A DNA stretch of 64,000 nt, taken from Chitinophagales bacterium. Its GTDB lineage: Bacteria > Bacteroidota > Bacteroidia > Chitinophagales > JADIYW01. Both the position numbers and the translations under genes were made by a program. The stretch lies in the NCBI GenBank assembly GCA_017984135.1, contig JAGNZZ010000010.1, positions 10,604 through 74,603 on the forward strand. Direction: 5' to 3'. Below the pieces are notes generated by a model. The model made no database searches. It was not told the DNA's origin and saw only the letters and a list, made by a program, of their open reading frames with translations. Below are positions 49,140 to 59,732 of the stretch, one piece after another; position 1 is the stretch's first letter; the number at the start of each line of letters is the position of its first letter.

Positions 49140-49739
49140 TTATTTTCTGACATTTAGAGAATAGTTTTGATTTCCTAAACTATAATGAAAAAACAATGGA
49201 TTCTCATCTTCTTTTGGTACTTCAAAGGCAAATAGTTTTGTCCGAATAAAATCTCTTGGTGCTAAAACATCTCTATAAAATCGATTCATGTAAGAAGTGT
49301 CAACGCCGGATGAATCGGTTTGTAAATAGTAAATTTTTAAAACACTTTCTAAGTGGTTGTACTTCCATGTAGAATCACTATTACTTAAATAACAGCTTTT
49401 TGTAAACGCATTAATCTTAAACGCTTGTTTGCTCGGATTGTCAACGCCAATATCCATAACGTAATAATCAAAATCATCGCCTACATTTTTACTATTGTCT
49501 CTAATATGATATTTAATGACATTAAATAAGGTTATAACGGCTTGTTCATTTTTATTTTGAAACAGATAGGAATCTTTATAAGCACTTTCAGTTTTGTATT
49601 TATAACGAGTTTCTTGAAGTTGCTCTAAAGTAATTCCTTCTGGAATGTCTATTTTTTCTTCTTTAGGTTTTAAGAGTTCGCAAGAACTAAATGAAACTAA
49701 AAATGCCATTAAGTAAAAAAGTGGTGCTGCTTTTTTCAT
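49140..49739 (-). CDS. Hypothetical lipoprotein
   Basis: 199 aa with a signal peptide and FSSC lipobox. I recognise no family. Confidence 0.55.
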   Translation of the reverse strand: MKKAAPLFYLMAFLVSFSSCELLKPKEEKIDIPEGITLEQLQETRYKYKTESAYKDSYLFQNKNEQAVITLFNVIKYHIRDNSKNVGDDFDYYVMDIGVDNPSKQAFKINAFTKSCYLSNSDSTWKYNHLESVLKIYYLQTDSSGVDTSYMNRFYRDVLAPRDFIRTKLFAFEVPKEDENPLFFHYSLGNQNYSLNVRK

Positions 49740-49751
49740 GTTGTACTGTAT

Positions 49752-50957
49752 TTAGTTGATGTCATTTTCATCCAATCCATCGCTTGATTTAGGCTTTCTT
49801 CTGCTTCCTTCATACATTTCATACAAATTAAAAACACAATCTAATTTTCCATTGATTAAGGGATATTTTTTTAAAGGTTTTAATCCAATAATTTTTAATG
49901 CTTCCATGTTACTTGAAATTATACCACAAGTATAATCGGTGAAATGTTCTTTAAATGCAGTACCTATTTGTTTGTATAATCTATCTATTTCATACGATTC
50001 CATGCGTTCACCATAAGGTGGATTGATTATTAGCGTTCCTTTTCCCATAGGTGGAATTACCTTTTGAATGCTTACTTCTCTTATGTCAATCCATTTTGAA
50101 AATCCGGATTTTTTGACATTATTTTTAGTGGTAAAAATTGATTTTTTACTATTGTCAGAAGCAATAATTTTAAACTTAAATTCTGATATTTTTTGTTCTA
50201 ATTCTGTACAGATATCATCGTATAATCCATTGTCGTAATTTTTCCATTGCTTGAAGCAGAAATAGTTTCTATCTAAGTTAGGTGCTTTTTGTATCGCCAT
50301 ACTGGCTGCTTCCATTACAATAGTTCCACTTCCACACATGGCATCTATAAAATGAGATTGTTTGTCCCATTTGCTGAGTAAGATTAGGCCTGCTGCTAAC
50401 ACTTCATTTATTGGAGCAATGGTTTGCTCAATTCTGTTGCCACGTTGATGTAATGATGTTCCAGAACTATCCAAGGATATGGTTACTTGGTTTCGATAGA
50501 TATGTAAATTAAAAAGAATATCCGGATTTTCGGTGTTGATGTCCGGACGTTTACCTTTGTTATAATTTCTAAATCGATCGCAAATAGCATCTTTTAATTT
50601 TAATGAAGCAAATTGTGAGTGTTTAAAATATTCAGATTGAATGGTAAAATCAATGGCAAAATTCTGATCAATATCCATGTAGTCTTCCCAACTGATTCGA
50701 GTAGCAAAATTGTATAAATCATCTGGTGAATCGGATTCAAATTCAAATACTGGCACTAATACTTTTAAGCAAGTACGCAATTCTAAATTACAGCGATATA
50801 AGAGTTCTAAATTATAATCGCAGACTACAGCACGTTTTATTATGCTGATATTTTGGGCATTTAATGCATTTAATTCTTCTGCTAACACTTGTTCCAAGCC
50901 TTGAAAAGTTTTGCAGATTATTTTGGTTTCAAAAACGTTCACCTTACAAAGGTACAA
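49752..50957 (-). CDS. THUMP-domain class I SAM-dependent RNA methyltransferase (RlmL/COG0116-like)
   Basis: N-terminal THUMP-like region, SAM motif DAMCGSGT and catalytic NPPYGERM. The true start may lie a few codons downstream. Confidence 0.8.
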   Translation of the reverse strand: MYLCKVNVFETKIICKTFQGLEQVLAEELNALNAQNISIIKRAVVCDYNLELLYRCNLELRTCLKVLVPVFEFESDSPDDLYNFATRISWEDYMDIDQNFAIDFTIQSEYFKHSQFASLKLKDAICDRFRNYNKGKRPDINTENPDILFNLHIYRNQVTISLDSSGTSLHQRGNRIEQTIAPINEVLAAGLILLSKWDKQSHFIDAMCGSGTIVMEAASMAIQKAPNLDRNYFCFKQWKNYDNGLYDDICTELEQKISEFKFKIIASDNSKKSIFTTKNNVKKSGFSKWIDIREVSIQKVIPPMGKGTLIINPPYGERMESYEIDRLYKQIGTAFKEHFTDYTCGIISSNMEALKIIGLKPLKKYPLINGKLDCVFNLYEMYEGSRRKPKSSDGLDENDIN

Positions 50958-50986
50958 TTATAGAATCATTTTTCTATATTTATACA

Positions 50987-51751
50987 ATGAGTACTACAAT
51001 AAGCAATCAAGCTGAATTGCAAAAATTATTACACTTGTTGCAAGCTGAAAAGGATACAAATCTTAGTTTTTTGAATAAATTAACGAAAGAGGAAATTCAA
51101 CTTTTGAGGTTGAAAATTGTAGATATTTCTCAATTTACACAAACAGATATCTGGAGCCGATTAACTGGTGTTTCAAAATATTTTCCAAATTATATGAATG
51201 CAAAAGTAGCAGAAACCGTTTTAGGCGCATTAATTACTGCTAATATGAGCTATTATATGCCAGAAAAAGATGCGGTTTCTATTATGAAATATATGAGTAA
51301 TAGCTTTTTGTGTAATGTGTCTGATTTCTTAATTCCGGAGAAAGCCCAAAAATTGATTAGTCATATTCCAATAGATCTACTTAAAAAAATTACAACGGAA
51401 TTAATCAAACAAAAAAAATATGTAACAGCTGCAGGATTTGTAGATGTGTTAGAAATGACTAGATTGTTAGAGTTGTCGAAAGTAATTTATAAAGAAGATG
51501 ATTTAATTCATATTGCTACTTATGCCGACAATAAAGCATACATAGCAAAAATTGTGGAAGGATTTGATGACAATCGAATTGGAAAAATTATTACTTATGC
51601 ATATTCCAATCAATTACATGAAAACATCTTGAATATTTTTGTGCATTTATCCTCCAATGAAGTACAACGCATTCTTAAAATTGTTTCTACTTTATCACCC
51701 AATATAAAAACAAAAGTTTTAGAAGATTTTGAAAATAGAATTCAATCTTAA
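50987..51751 (+). CDS. Hypothetical protein
   Basis: 254 aa from the ATG at 50987 (MSTTISNQ). The longer track ORF would overlap the divergent gene. I recognise no family. Confidence 0.5.
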   Translation: MSTTISNQAELQKLLHLLQAEKDTNLSFLNKLTKEEIQLLRLKIVDISQFTQTDIWSRLTGVSKYFPNYMNAKVAETVLGALITANMSYYMPEKDAVSIMKYMSNSFLCNVSDFLIPEKAQKLISHIPIDLLKKITTELIKQKKYVTAAGFVDVLEMTRLLELSKVIYKEDDLIHIATYADNKAYIAKIVEGFDDNRIGKIITYAYSNQLHENILNIFVHLSSNEVQRILKIVSTLSPNIKTKVLEDFENRIQS

Positions 51752-51774
51752 TTTTTATATAAAAAATAAGTACT

Positions 51775-53382
51775 ATGAAGTTAACTCAATCGTATAAACA
51801 AAAACCAATTATAAATGAACATTACGATGTCATCTGCATCGGTTCCGGATTAGGTAGTTTGTGCACAGCTTCTATTTTGGCACGCAAAGGGATGAAAGTG
51901 TTAGTGTGCGAAAAACATACCACACCAGGTGGTTTTACGCATGTGTTTACTCGAAACGATTATGAATGGGATGTTGGTTTGCATTATGTGGGTGATATGG
52001 ATAGAAAAGGCTCTTTATTGCGTGTCGTTTTTGAACATATTACTGATAAAAATTTGAAATGGGCAGACATGGGCGAAGTGTATGACAAAGTAATTATTGA
52101 AGATAGAGTGTATGAATACCATAAAGGATTACAAGCTTGGAAATCAAAAATGAAAGATTATTTTCCAACAGAAAATGATGCGATTGCGATTGATAAATAT
52201 GTTGAATTATTATTTGCTGTCAATAAATCGTCCAAAGATTTTTACACTAAGAAAGTAATGCCCGATTTTGTTCGATTAATTTCATCGCCGTTTTTGAATA
52301 ATCAATATGCAACATTTGCAAAAAAAACAACCAAGCAAGTATTAGATGAAATTTCGGACAACGACGAATTGAAAGCTGTTTTGTCTGCACAGTTTGGAGA
52401 TTATGGAATGCCACCATCGCAAAGTAGTTTTGTAATACATGCTGCAGTAGCCTTGCATTATATGAATGGTGGATTTTATCCTGTTGGTGGCTCCGAAGAA
52501 ATTTTCAATACTATTGCTCCAAGTATAATAAATGCCGGTGGAACCATATTAATTGGTGCTGCAGTGAAAGAGATACTTATTGAAAATGGAACAGCCAAAG
52601 GTGTTATTATGCAAGATGGCAAAATCATAAAAAGTAATGTAGTAGTGAGTGGTGCAGGTGTGCATCTAACCTTTAATAACCTCATTCACGATTCTCATAA
52701 ATCCAAGCTTAAATTTTTAAATGATGCAATGGAAATACCAGCATCTGTTGGGCATTTGAGTTTGTATATCGGATTAAAGCATACTGCAAAAGAATTAAAT
52801 TTACCCAAAGCAAATTATTGGATTTATCCAACTGGTAATAATCACGATAAAGCCATTTCAGATTTTTTAGAAGACAATACAAAAGAATTTCCGGTAGTGT
52901 ATATTTCTTTTCCGGCATCTAAAAATCCAATGTTTGAAGATAAATATCCTGGTCGTTCCACTATAGAAATTATTACACTGGCCAAATTTGATTGGTTTAA
53001 AGAATGGGAAAATAAAAGATGGAAAAAACGTGGTGAAGATTATGATACATTGAAAGAAAACCTAGCACAACGTTTATTGGCTCACCTATACAAATATGAA
53101 CCACAAGTACAAGGAAAAATTGATACTTATGAATTATCGACTCCAATTACAACCAAACATTTTTGTACTTATTTAAATGGTGAAATTTATGGCTTAGATC
53201 ATCCGCCTGAACGATTTGAAAAAGCATATTTAAAACCACAAACACCCATTAAAAATTTATTTTTAACCGGACAAGATATTGTAACGGTAGGTATTGGTGG
53301 CGCATTGATGAGTGGTGTATTAACTGCTTCAGCAATTACAAAGTCCAATTTGATTCAAGAGATAGTAAAAGGAGCGAAGTAG
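51775..53382 (+). CDS. CrtI/phytoene-desaturase-family FAD-dependent oxidoreductase (retinol-saturase-like)
   Basis: Dinucleotide-binding motif DVICIGSGLGSL plus EKHTTPGG, and a C-terminal FLTGQD motif. Confidence 0.75.
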   Translation: MKLTQSYKQKPIINEHYDVICIGSGLGSLCTASILARKGMKVLVCEKHTTPGGFTHVFTRNDYEWDVGLHYVGDMDRKGSLLRVVFEHITDKNLKWADMGEVYDKVIIEDRVYEYHKGLQAWKSKMKDYFPTENDAIAIDKYVELLFAVNKSSKDFYTKKVMPDFVRLISSPFLNNQYATFAKKTTKQVLDEISDNDELKAVLSAQFGDYGMPPSQSSFVIHAAVALHYMNGGFYPVGGSEEIFNTIAPSIINAGGTILIGAAVKEILIENGTAKGVIMQDGKIIKSNVVVSGAGVHLTFNNLIHDSHKSKLKFLNDAMEIPASVGHLSLYIGLKHTAKELNLPKANYWIYPTGNNHDKAISDFLEDNTKEFPVVYISFPASKNPMFEDKYPGRSTIEIITLAKFDWFKEWENKRWKKRGEDYDTLKENLAQRLLAHLYKYEPQVQGKIDTYELSTPITTKHFCTYLNGEIYGLDHPPERFEKAYLKPQTPIKNLFLTGQDIVTVGIGGALMSGVLTASAITKSNLIQEIVKGAK

Positions 53383-53490
53383 AAATTAAAATATGTAACA
53401 TCATCTCGAACGTAGTAAGCTTACATGTCAGCAGACAAGCTATATAGTATTGAAATAGATAGACCAATATGAATGTAGTTGCATCTGTTA

Positions 53491-53517
53491 GATTTCTCAC
53501 TGTGTTCAAAATGATAC
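53491..53517. repeat. REP-like intergenic element (same loose family as 46577)
   Basis: The reverse complement reads gtatcattttgaacacagtgagaaatc. Confidence 0.3.
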
Positions 53518-53607
53518 AAATTTTTTAAAAATTCTATTCATAACACTTTTTAACTACGTTCTTAACGGAGTGTTATTTATCATCTTTTTTATAATTAAGT
53601 ATTTGAT

Positions 53608-53623
53608 AATCAATATATTGATT
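53608..53623. promoter_or_regulatory. Perfect 16-nt palindrome upstream of the DUF4139-like gene
   Basis: aatcaatatattgatt lies 98 nt upstream of the ATG at 53721. Confidence 0.3.
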
Positions 53624-53720
53624 CTTATCTATTTACGTTAGAAACATCATATATTTAAATAGAGTTACTATTTTTAATTTTTTTTGCTTCAAATTTGATA
53701 TGTAAATCAAAACTAATTTT

Positions 53721-55346
53721 ATGAAGCATTTATTTTTAATTCCGATGATTTTATTTTCATTCATTTTGAATGCGATAAACATAAACGATTCTAAAATCAA
53801 AGAAGTGACTGTTTTTAGAAACTATGCCAAAGAAACTCGTTTGGCTACAACTACCATTCCCGAAGGAAACAACGAAATTGTAATTTCCAATGTCAGTACA
53901 TTTATGGATGATAACACCTTACAAATTTCAACTAAAGGAAATGTAAAAATTTTATCCGTATCTACACGATTGAATTATTTATCGGATAAATTAAAATCGG
54001 TACAAGCAGAAAAAATTTCAGATTCCATAGAATATTTAAATGAGGATATTGCTTGGATAAACCAACAAATTCAAGCCTTTCAAGATGAATTGAAAGTGTT
54101 GGATGAAAATAGAAAATTATCCAATGATAAAGTGGCGTTTACACCACAGCAAGTAAAAGACTTAGCAGATTTATATCGTGTGCGTTCGCTGGATATTAGA
54201 AAGTCGATGTTTGATTTATCTAAAAAACAAAAATCAAGTAAAGAAAAATTAGCAAAATTACAAGCACAACTTTCTGAGATTAATGGAAAACAACATCAAC
54301 CTATTAAAGAAATTGTGTTGAAAGTTCAAGCAAAATCAGCTGGTTCCGTTACATTTAAAACATCATACATTATTACCAATGCTTATTGGATTCCAATTTA
54401 TGATATTCGTGCCAAAAACAGTAATTCACCTTTGCAGTTAGATTGTCGCGCAAAAGTTGTGCAGAATACTGGTTATGATTGGAAAGATGTAAAGTTGACA
54501 TTGTCCACCGCAAATCCATCTTCTAAACACGATCGACCTATTTTATATCCTATTTATGTTGATTTTTTTCAACCGGATTATTATAAAAATCAACTTAAAA
54601 AATCCTATACTTCACAAATGATGCAAAATATGGCAATGGCACCAGCAACGGTAGATATCGCACGAGCTTCTGAGGAAACTGGTTTTGAAGATGGACTGAA
54701 ATCAGATGATAATCATGTAACTATTTTAGAAGGAGATATGGCTGTTGAGTATGCCATTGAAACGTTGCAAGATATTGAAAGTGATAATAAAGAACATATT
54801 GTAGGCATTCAGGAAATTGAAATGCCGGCAGTATATTCGTATCATACGGTTCCAAAATTAGATATGACTGCCTATTTGTTGGCGCGTGTAACCGATTGGG
54901 CAAAATACAATTTATTAGCCGGCGAAGCCAATATATTTTATGACGATAATTACGTTGGAAAATCTTATTTAAATCCGAATGTAAGCGCAGATACTTTATT
55001 GATTTCTTTAGGAAGAGACGAAAAAATAAATATCAAACGTGTGAAGTTGAATGAGTATTCGTCTAAAAAATTATTAAGTGGAAATGTGAAAGAAACGAAA
55101 GCATTTGAAACTACAATTAAGAATAATAAAAATAATGCCATTGAAATTGAAATTTTAGATCAATATCCAATATCTAAAAATTCACAAATAGAAGTGAAGT
55201 TAGAAGATGCGGATGGCGCAACAATTACAGAAGCGTATGGTAAGTTAATTTGGAAAGTTAAATTGCAACCAAATGAGATTCGAAAAATTAAATTAGTTTA
55301 CACTATCAAATATCCAAAAGATAAAGAGGTTAAGGAATTGAATTAA
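53721..55346 (+). CDS. DUF4140/DUF4139-domain protein (MuiA-like family)
   Basis: 541 aa with a signal peptide, an N-terminal beta-rich region, a central coiled coil and a large C-terminal domain. The family call is from memory of this architecture only. Confidence 0.5.
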   Translation: MKHLFLIPMILFSFILNAININDSKIKEVTVFRNYAKETRLATTTIPEGNNEIVISNVSTFMDDNTLQISTKGNVKILSVSTRLNYLSDKLKSVQAEKISDSIEYLNEDIAWINQQIQAFQDELKVLDENRKLSNDKVAFTPQQVKDLADLYRVRSLDIRKSMFDLSKKQKSSKEKLAKLQAQLSEINGKQHQPIKEIVLKVQAKSAGSVTFKTSYIITNAYWIPIYDIRAKNSNSPLQLDCRAKVVQNTGYDWKDVKLTLSTANPSSKHDRPILYPIYVDFFQPDYYKNQLKKSYTSQMMQNMAMAPATVDIARASEETGFEDGLKSDDNHVTILEGDMAVEYAIETLQDIESDNKEHIVGIQEIEMPAVYSYHTVPKLDMTAYLLARVTDWAKYNLLAGEANIFYDDNYVGKSYLNPNVSADTLLISLGRDEKINIKRVKLNEYSSKKLLSGNVKETKAFETTIKNNKNNAIEIEILDQYPISKNSQIEVKLEDADGATITEAYGKLIWKVKLQPNEIRKIKLVYTIKYPKDKEVKELN

Positions 55347-55411
55347 ATTGAATTTTTAAAAATAGTCGATGGTGAAAACTATCGACTATTTTTATTTTGC
55401 TTAGTAGGTAT

Positions 55412-55984
55412 TCACTTTAATAAAAAATGGACAAATGTGGAGAGATATTTTAGGATAAGTTTTGAATTAAGATAGGCAATTAATGTTCCTAAAATAAAAC
55501 CACCGATAATGTCACTTGGATAATGCACACCAACATACACTTGTGCAATACCAATTATTAAAGCCCAAAGAAACCAGAATCCAATTGTCCATTTTTTAGA
55601 AAATATAGATGCAAAATAGATACTCATAGCTATTGACATGTGATTGCTCGCATGTGAAGATGGGAAACTCCATTTTCCACCACAAGAATCCAGTAGTAAA
55701 CGTACTTGAGTATAAGCATGACAAGGTCGTAATCGTTCAAAAAAAGGTTTTAAAATGCTGGCTGAAATAGAATCTGCCATTGCAAAAGAAATGAAGATAT
55801 AGACTACATAAACTATTGCTAGTTTTTGGTATTTCTTTAATAGAAATAAAAATAAAAATAAGTAAAGTGGAATCCATGTATTTGCATGGCGTACTACTGG
55901 AAATAAAATATCAAAAAATGGATTGCTTAATGTGTGATTTATAAAATCAAACAAAACATAATCAATATGCTGCAGTGAAGCCAC
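55412..55984 (-). CDS. PAP2-family phosphatase
   Basis: Motifs KPFFERLRP, PSSHAS and GVHYPSD. The GTG start overlaps the upstream stop (TAGTG). Confidence 0.85.
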   Translation of the reverse strand: MASLQHIDYVLFDFINHTLSNPFFDILFPVVRHANTWIPLYLFLFLFLLKKYQKLAIVYVVYIFISFAMADSISASILKPFFERLRPCHAYTQVRLLLDSCGGKWSFPSSHASNHMSIAMSIYFASIFSKKWTIGFWFLWALIIGIAQVYVGVHYPSDIIGGFILGTLIAYLNSKLILKYLSTFVHFLLK

Positions 55985-56631
55985 TAATATTGAATTTCAA
56001 ATTCATTTCTATTCGTGTATAATTCCCAAAATTTTTGTGCTACATGTTGAGTTGAGCGTTCGGGACTGTCATTCTGTACCGCACCGCAAACAGTTACCGT
56101 TCCCACAAAAATATTTTTTGGTTTTAAAGCAATATGTAAAGAATTGGCTAAGTTTCGTATGCCAGCTTTCCCGATAGATAATGAGCCTAATTCTGGATTG
56201 GGTTCCAAGGCAAAACCGCCACCGGTTAATAGTATAGTTCCTTTTCCCTTTTTTTCCATATCTGGCAATACTAATGTTACAGCAGTCATTACTGAAGCTA
56301 CATTTATTTTAAAATCGCGTGTTAATCCATCTACAGATTCATCAACAATATTTACTTTTTTTCGTTTTGCTACATTATAATGCAGCACATCAATGTTTTC
56401 CCAAATTTCCCAAATTTGATTAAATGCATCCTTAATAGAATCGGAATCGCCGGCATCAGCAACAAAGAAATGAGCATCGATGTTTTTATTTTTTAAAGCA
56501 TGCTGCAATTCTTCTAATTTTTCTTCTCTTCTAGAAATAAGTACTACTGAAAATCCTTCCGTTCCAAATTTTTCAGCTACAGCTTTCGAAATTCCATTAC
56601 CTGCTCCAATTATTACGATTACTTTGTTCAT
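55984..56631 (-). CDS. Short-chain dehydrogenase/reductase
   Basis: Rossmann motif IIGAGNGISKAVA. ATGA overlap with the upstream methyltransferase gene. Confidence 0.8.
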   Translation of the reverse strand: MNKVIVIIGAGNGISKAVAEKFGTEGFSVVLISRREEKLEELQHALKNKNIDAHFFVADAGDSDSIKDAFNQIWEIWENIDVLHYNVAKRKKVNIVDESVDGLTRDFKINVASVMTAVTLVLPDMEKKGKGTILLTGGGFALEPNPELGSLSIGKAGIRNLANSLHIALKPKNIFVGTVTVCGAVQNDSPERSTQHVAQKFWELYTNRNEFEIQY

Positions 56632-57374
56632 ATTGCTTTCTTTTTTGCTAATAAAATATACCTGTCAGACGTTTTTGGGTGAAATGGATTTAGATGATAA
56701 TCACCAAATTCATTAACGATTGTGAAACCGGTATTGTTTAAAAAAGTATGAAAATGATGTTGCATCAGAACTTGTACTTCTTCTTTATAAAGCCATATTT
56801 TTTCATCTTTTTCAATTTGTATGGATTTAATTATTTTTCCTTCCTTCACTTCTTTTCTAATATAAAAAGTATATCCATCAATAATTTTATTTTCGCGTGG
56901 CACTAAGTTATTGATGACTTTTTCTGCATTCATAAAATCAATTAAAATATGTCCATTTTCTTTTAAGGCAATATGCATACTCTCAAATACTTTTTCATTT
57001 TCGTTTAAATCATCAAAATAACCTAAAGAAGTAAATAAATTAAACACATAATCAAAATAGTTTATTCTAAAAGGTAAACGCATGTCATGCACATAAAATT
57101 CTAAATTTGGCAAGGTATATGCAGAAGTTGCATAATGAATACTTTCTTTAGATAAATCCAATCCTACCACATTGTTTTCCTTTTCTGCTAAATAATGTGC
57201 ATGTCTTCCTTTGCCACAAGCTAAATCTAGAATGGTAGCTTTATTAATATTTAATTTAGATGTTAAGTTGTCAATGAATAAATGGGCTTCATCTTGGTTT
57301 CTATTTTTATATAATACATGATATAATGGAGAATTAAACCATAACTCGAACCATTTCTTTTGTTGTGCTGACAT
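56628..57374 (-). CDS. Class I SAM-dependent methyltransferase
   Basis: Motif I ILDLACGKGRH. Confidence 0.8.
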   Translation of the reverse strand: MSAQQKKWFELWFNSPLYHVLYKNRNQDEAHLFIDNLTSKLNINKATILDLACGKGRHAHYLAEKENNVVGLDLSKESIHYATSAYTLPNLEFYVHDMRLPFRINYFDYVFNLFTSLGYFDDLNENEKVFESMHIALKENGHILIDFMNAEKVINNLVPRENKIIDGYTFYIRKEVKEGKIIKSIQIEKDEKIWLYKEEVQVLMQHHFHTFLNNTGFTIVNEFGDYHLNPFHPKTSDRYILLAKKKAI

Positions 57375-57461
57375 AGAGTTGAAATATGTGTGTACAATTT
57401 ACAAAAATTGTTGGCAGATATTTAGTTTTAGGAATGAAAATGCGTTTAATAAGAAAAAAAA

Positions 57462-58808
57462 TCAATCTGTATCTACATTTTTGATATATTTTTTCCAAAT
57501 TCCAGTTCCCCAATAAAAAGATGTGAATAAAAGTAAAGTAGTCCAATAAACTACTTCACAACCCCAAGCAATATAGAGTTCGCTTCTTTTTATATGAATA
57601 AAATAATAACAATAAATGACATAAAAAATACAACAAAAAACTTCAACTATTGTAGGAACAAATGTAGCTCCTGTACCAGTGATTCCAAAATTCATAATCA
57701 TGGCAGATGAGAAAAAAAGCATCGCAATCATTAATGTGTAAAAAGGTGCAATAGTATCTTGGATTATGTTTGTGTCATTCGTGAAAACAGATAAAATTTG
57801 ATGTGGAAAAAGTAAAATAATAATATTAATGGCCATAGAAATTCCAACAGATAATATAATTACTTTTTTAAGTGCAGGAATAACATCGTGAACTCTATTT
57901 TGTCCAATGATATTGCTCACTACAGTGTTGCTTGTGCTGGCTAAACTCCAAACTGGAATGCCAATAAACACAAATAAGCTTTTCAAAATTCCAGATACTG
58001 CTAATTCATGTGTTCCAATTTTTTCAATGGATAAAAAGAAATACCACCATGAACCAATTCCAATTAAATTCTGAAGAATAATAGGTGCTGATAATTTACA
58101 GATTGATGTAAATAGATTTAAACGGATAGTTTTAAATTGGAAAGCATTATATTTTTGGGGATGTTTTGATGCTATAAAATAGATGAAGTAAACAATAAAT
58201 AATATGGTATCTGCAATGGCAGTAGCAATGCCAGCACCTTTAATTCCGAGAGGCAGAAATCCAAATTTTCCAAAAATTAATAAATAGCCAAATATAATAT
58301 TGGTTATAGCCATGCAAATTGTTGCAATAGTAATAATCCTTGTCTTGCCGATTCCTGTATAAAATCCATTAAAGCAAAATCCTAAAACTACAGGAATGAC
58401 AGCATAATTCATCATGTTAATATATTCCATAACCGCACTTTGTATGGGTACTGATTTTACTACCCAAGGGATAATGATTGGTGTGATGTATTTGAAAAAT
58501 AACATTAAAAATAGAGAAAGAATACTTGCCAAAATTAGGAGATGATCAAATGCAGTACCAATGCGATTTAATTTATTTTCGCCACTATGACGTGCTATAA
58601 TTACTTGAGCACCACGCGCCAAACCACCTGCAATAAAAACAAAAACGAAATAATAAATTCCAGCAAGTGTAATAGCTTCTAAGGCTACTTTAGACGAATG
58701 TCCTAAAAATGCAGTATCAATTAATTGATTAATAGAATGCGCCAAACTTCCTAATATAATAGGATACGAGATCTGCCAAATTTCTTTATAAGTGCCTTGT
58801 AATTGCAT
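57462..58808 (-). CDS. MATE-family efflux transporter
   Basis: 448 aa, about 12 TM segments, with a MATE N-terminal pattern (YKEIWQISYPIILGSL). Confidence 0.8.
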   Translation of the reverse strand: MQLQGTYKEIWQISYPIILGSLAHSINQLIDTAFLGHSSKVALEAITLAGIYYFVFVFIAGGLARGAQVIIARHSGENKLNRIGTAFDHLLILASILSLFLMLFFKYITPIIIPWVVKSVPIQSAVMEYINMMNYAVIPVVLGFCFNGFYTGIGKTRIITIATICMAITNIIFGYLLIFGKFGFLPLGIKGAGIATAIADTILFIVYFIYFIASKHPQKYNAFQFKTIRLNLFTSICKLSAPIILQNLIGIGSWWYFFLSIEKIGTHELAVSGILKSLFVFIGIPVWSLASTSNTVVSNIIGQNRVHDVIPALKKVIILSVGISMAINIIILLFPHQILSVFTNDTNIIQDTIAPFYTLMIAMLFFSSAMIMNFGITGTGATFVPTIVEVFCCIFYVIYCYYFIHIKRSELYIAWGCEVVYWTTLLLFTSFYWGTGIWKKYIKNVDTD

Positions 58809-58870
58809 AATGGAGGCGCAAGATAAGCATTAAACCGCAGAGCTGATGTTTAGTTGTGTTGAATTGAAAA

Positions 58871-59659
58871 TTAAGTTAGCGATTCGCTCCACATTTTCCA
58901 TTGGTCGCCCCAAAGTCGGTTGCCTGCATCCACATATAGTGTTTCTCCACTAATGTATGATGCCATAGGTGATGATAGAAACACAACAGGATACGCCACT
59001 TCTTCCGTAGTGCCCATTCTTTTATTTGGAATGCTACTTTCAATGCCTTCAATAATTTGTGGCGGATAAGTATCCATCCCTGAAGAGCGAATAATTCCAG
59101 GTGCAACGGCATTTACTCTAATATTAAAACGAACCCATTCAATGGCTAATGTTTTGGTGAGATTGTCCACGCCGGCACGTGCAGCGCCAGTATGTACCAT
59201 ACCTGGAAATCCTTTGTAAATATTGGCGATGATATTTACAATGTTGCCCTCTTTTTGTGGAATGAAAAACGTTTTCGCCATAATTTGTGTAACATAAAAT
59301 GTGCCGATTAAATTATTCGTTATCACGGCACGAAATCCGTTATACGAAATGTTTTCTGCAGCAGACGGAAATTGACCGCCGGCATTGTTGACTAATATAT
59401 CTAATCTGCCAGCTTCTTCTTTTATTTTTTGTGCCAATGCTTCTATATGCTCCGTTTCTCTGATATCAGCAATAGCTGCTCTTACATCACCAATTCTCTT
59501 TAATTCACTTACGGCTTTTTCTATTTTTTCTGCATTTCGTGATGCAATATATACAATAGCACCTAAGCTTAAATATTCTTTTGCAATGCTATAGCCGATG
59601 CCACTTCCACCGCCGGTAACCAAAACTATTTTGTCTTTAAATAAATCTTTTTGAAACAT
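58871..59659 (-). CDS. SDR-family oxidoreductase (enoyl/dienoyl-CoA-reductase-like)
   Basis: TGGGSGIG, NNAG and a C-terminal ISGETLYVDAG. Confidence 0.8.
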   Translation of the reverse strand: MFQKDLFKDKIVLVTGGGSGIGYSIAKEYLSLGAIVYIASRNAEKIEKAVSELKRIGDVRAAIADIRETEHIEALAQKIKEEAGRLDILVNNAGGQFPSAAENISYNGFRAVITNNLIGTFYVTQIMAKTFFIPQKEGNIVNIIANIYKGFPGMVHTGAARAGVDNLTKTLAIEWVRFNIRVNAVAPGIIRSSGMDTYPPQIIEGIESSIPNKRMGTTEEVAYPVVFLSSPMASYISGETLYVDAGNRLWGDQWKMWSESLT

Positions 59660-59732
59660 TTTTTATTCACTTTGAAACAAATGTAATAAAATAATTTTAC
59701 CCAAATAAAGCATGTTAGGAATAACTCATTAA

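Noticed and set aside
50864-50986. N-terminal extension of the 50864 ORF, and likewise of the 15818-16585 ORF
   Set aside because: The extensions overlap the 5' ends of divergent genes and encode implausible hydrophobic junk. Internal ATGs (50987 and 16465) give sensible starts.
57334-57546. 70-aa ORF bridging the methyltransferase and MATE genes
   Set aside because: It overlaps both well-supported genes on the same strand in another frame and is not supported by any motif.
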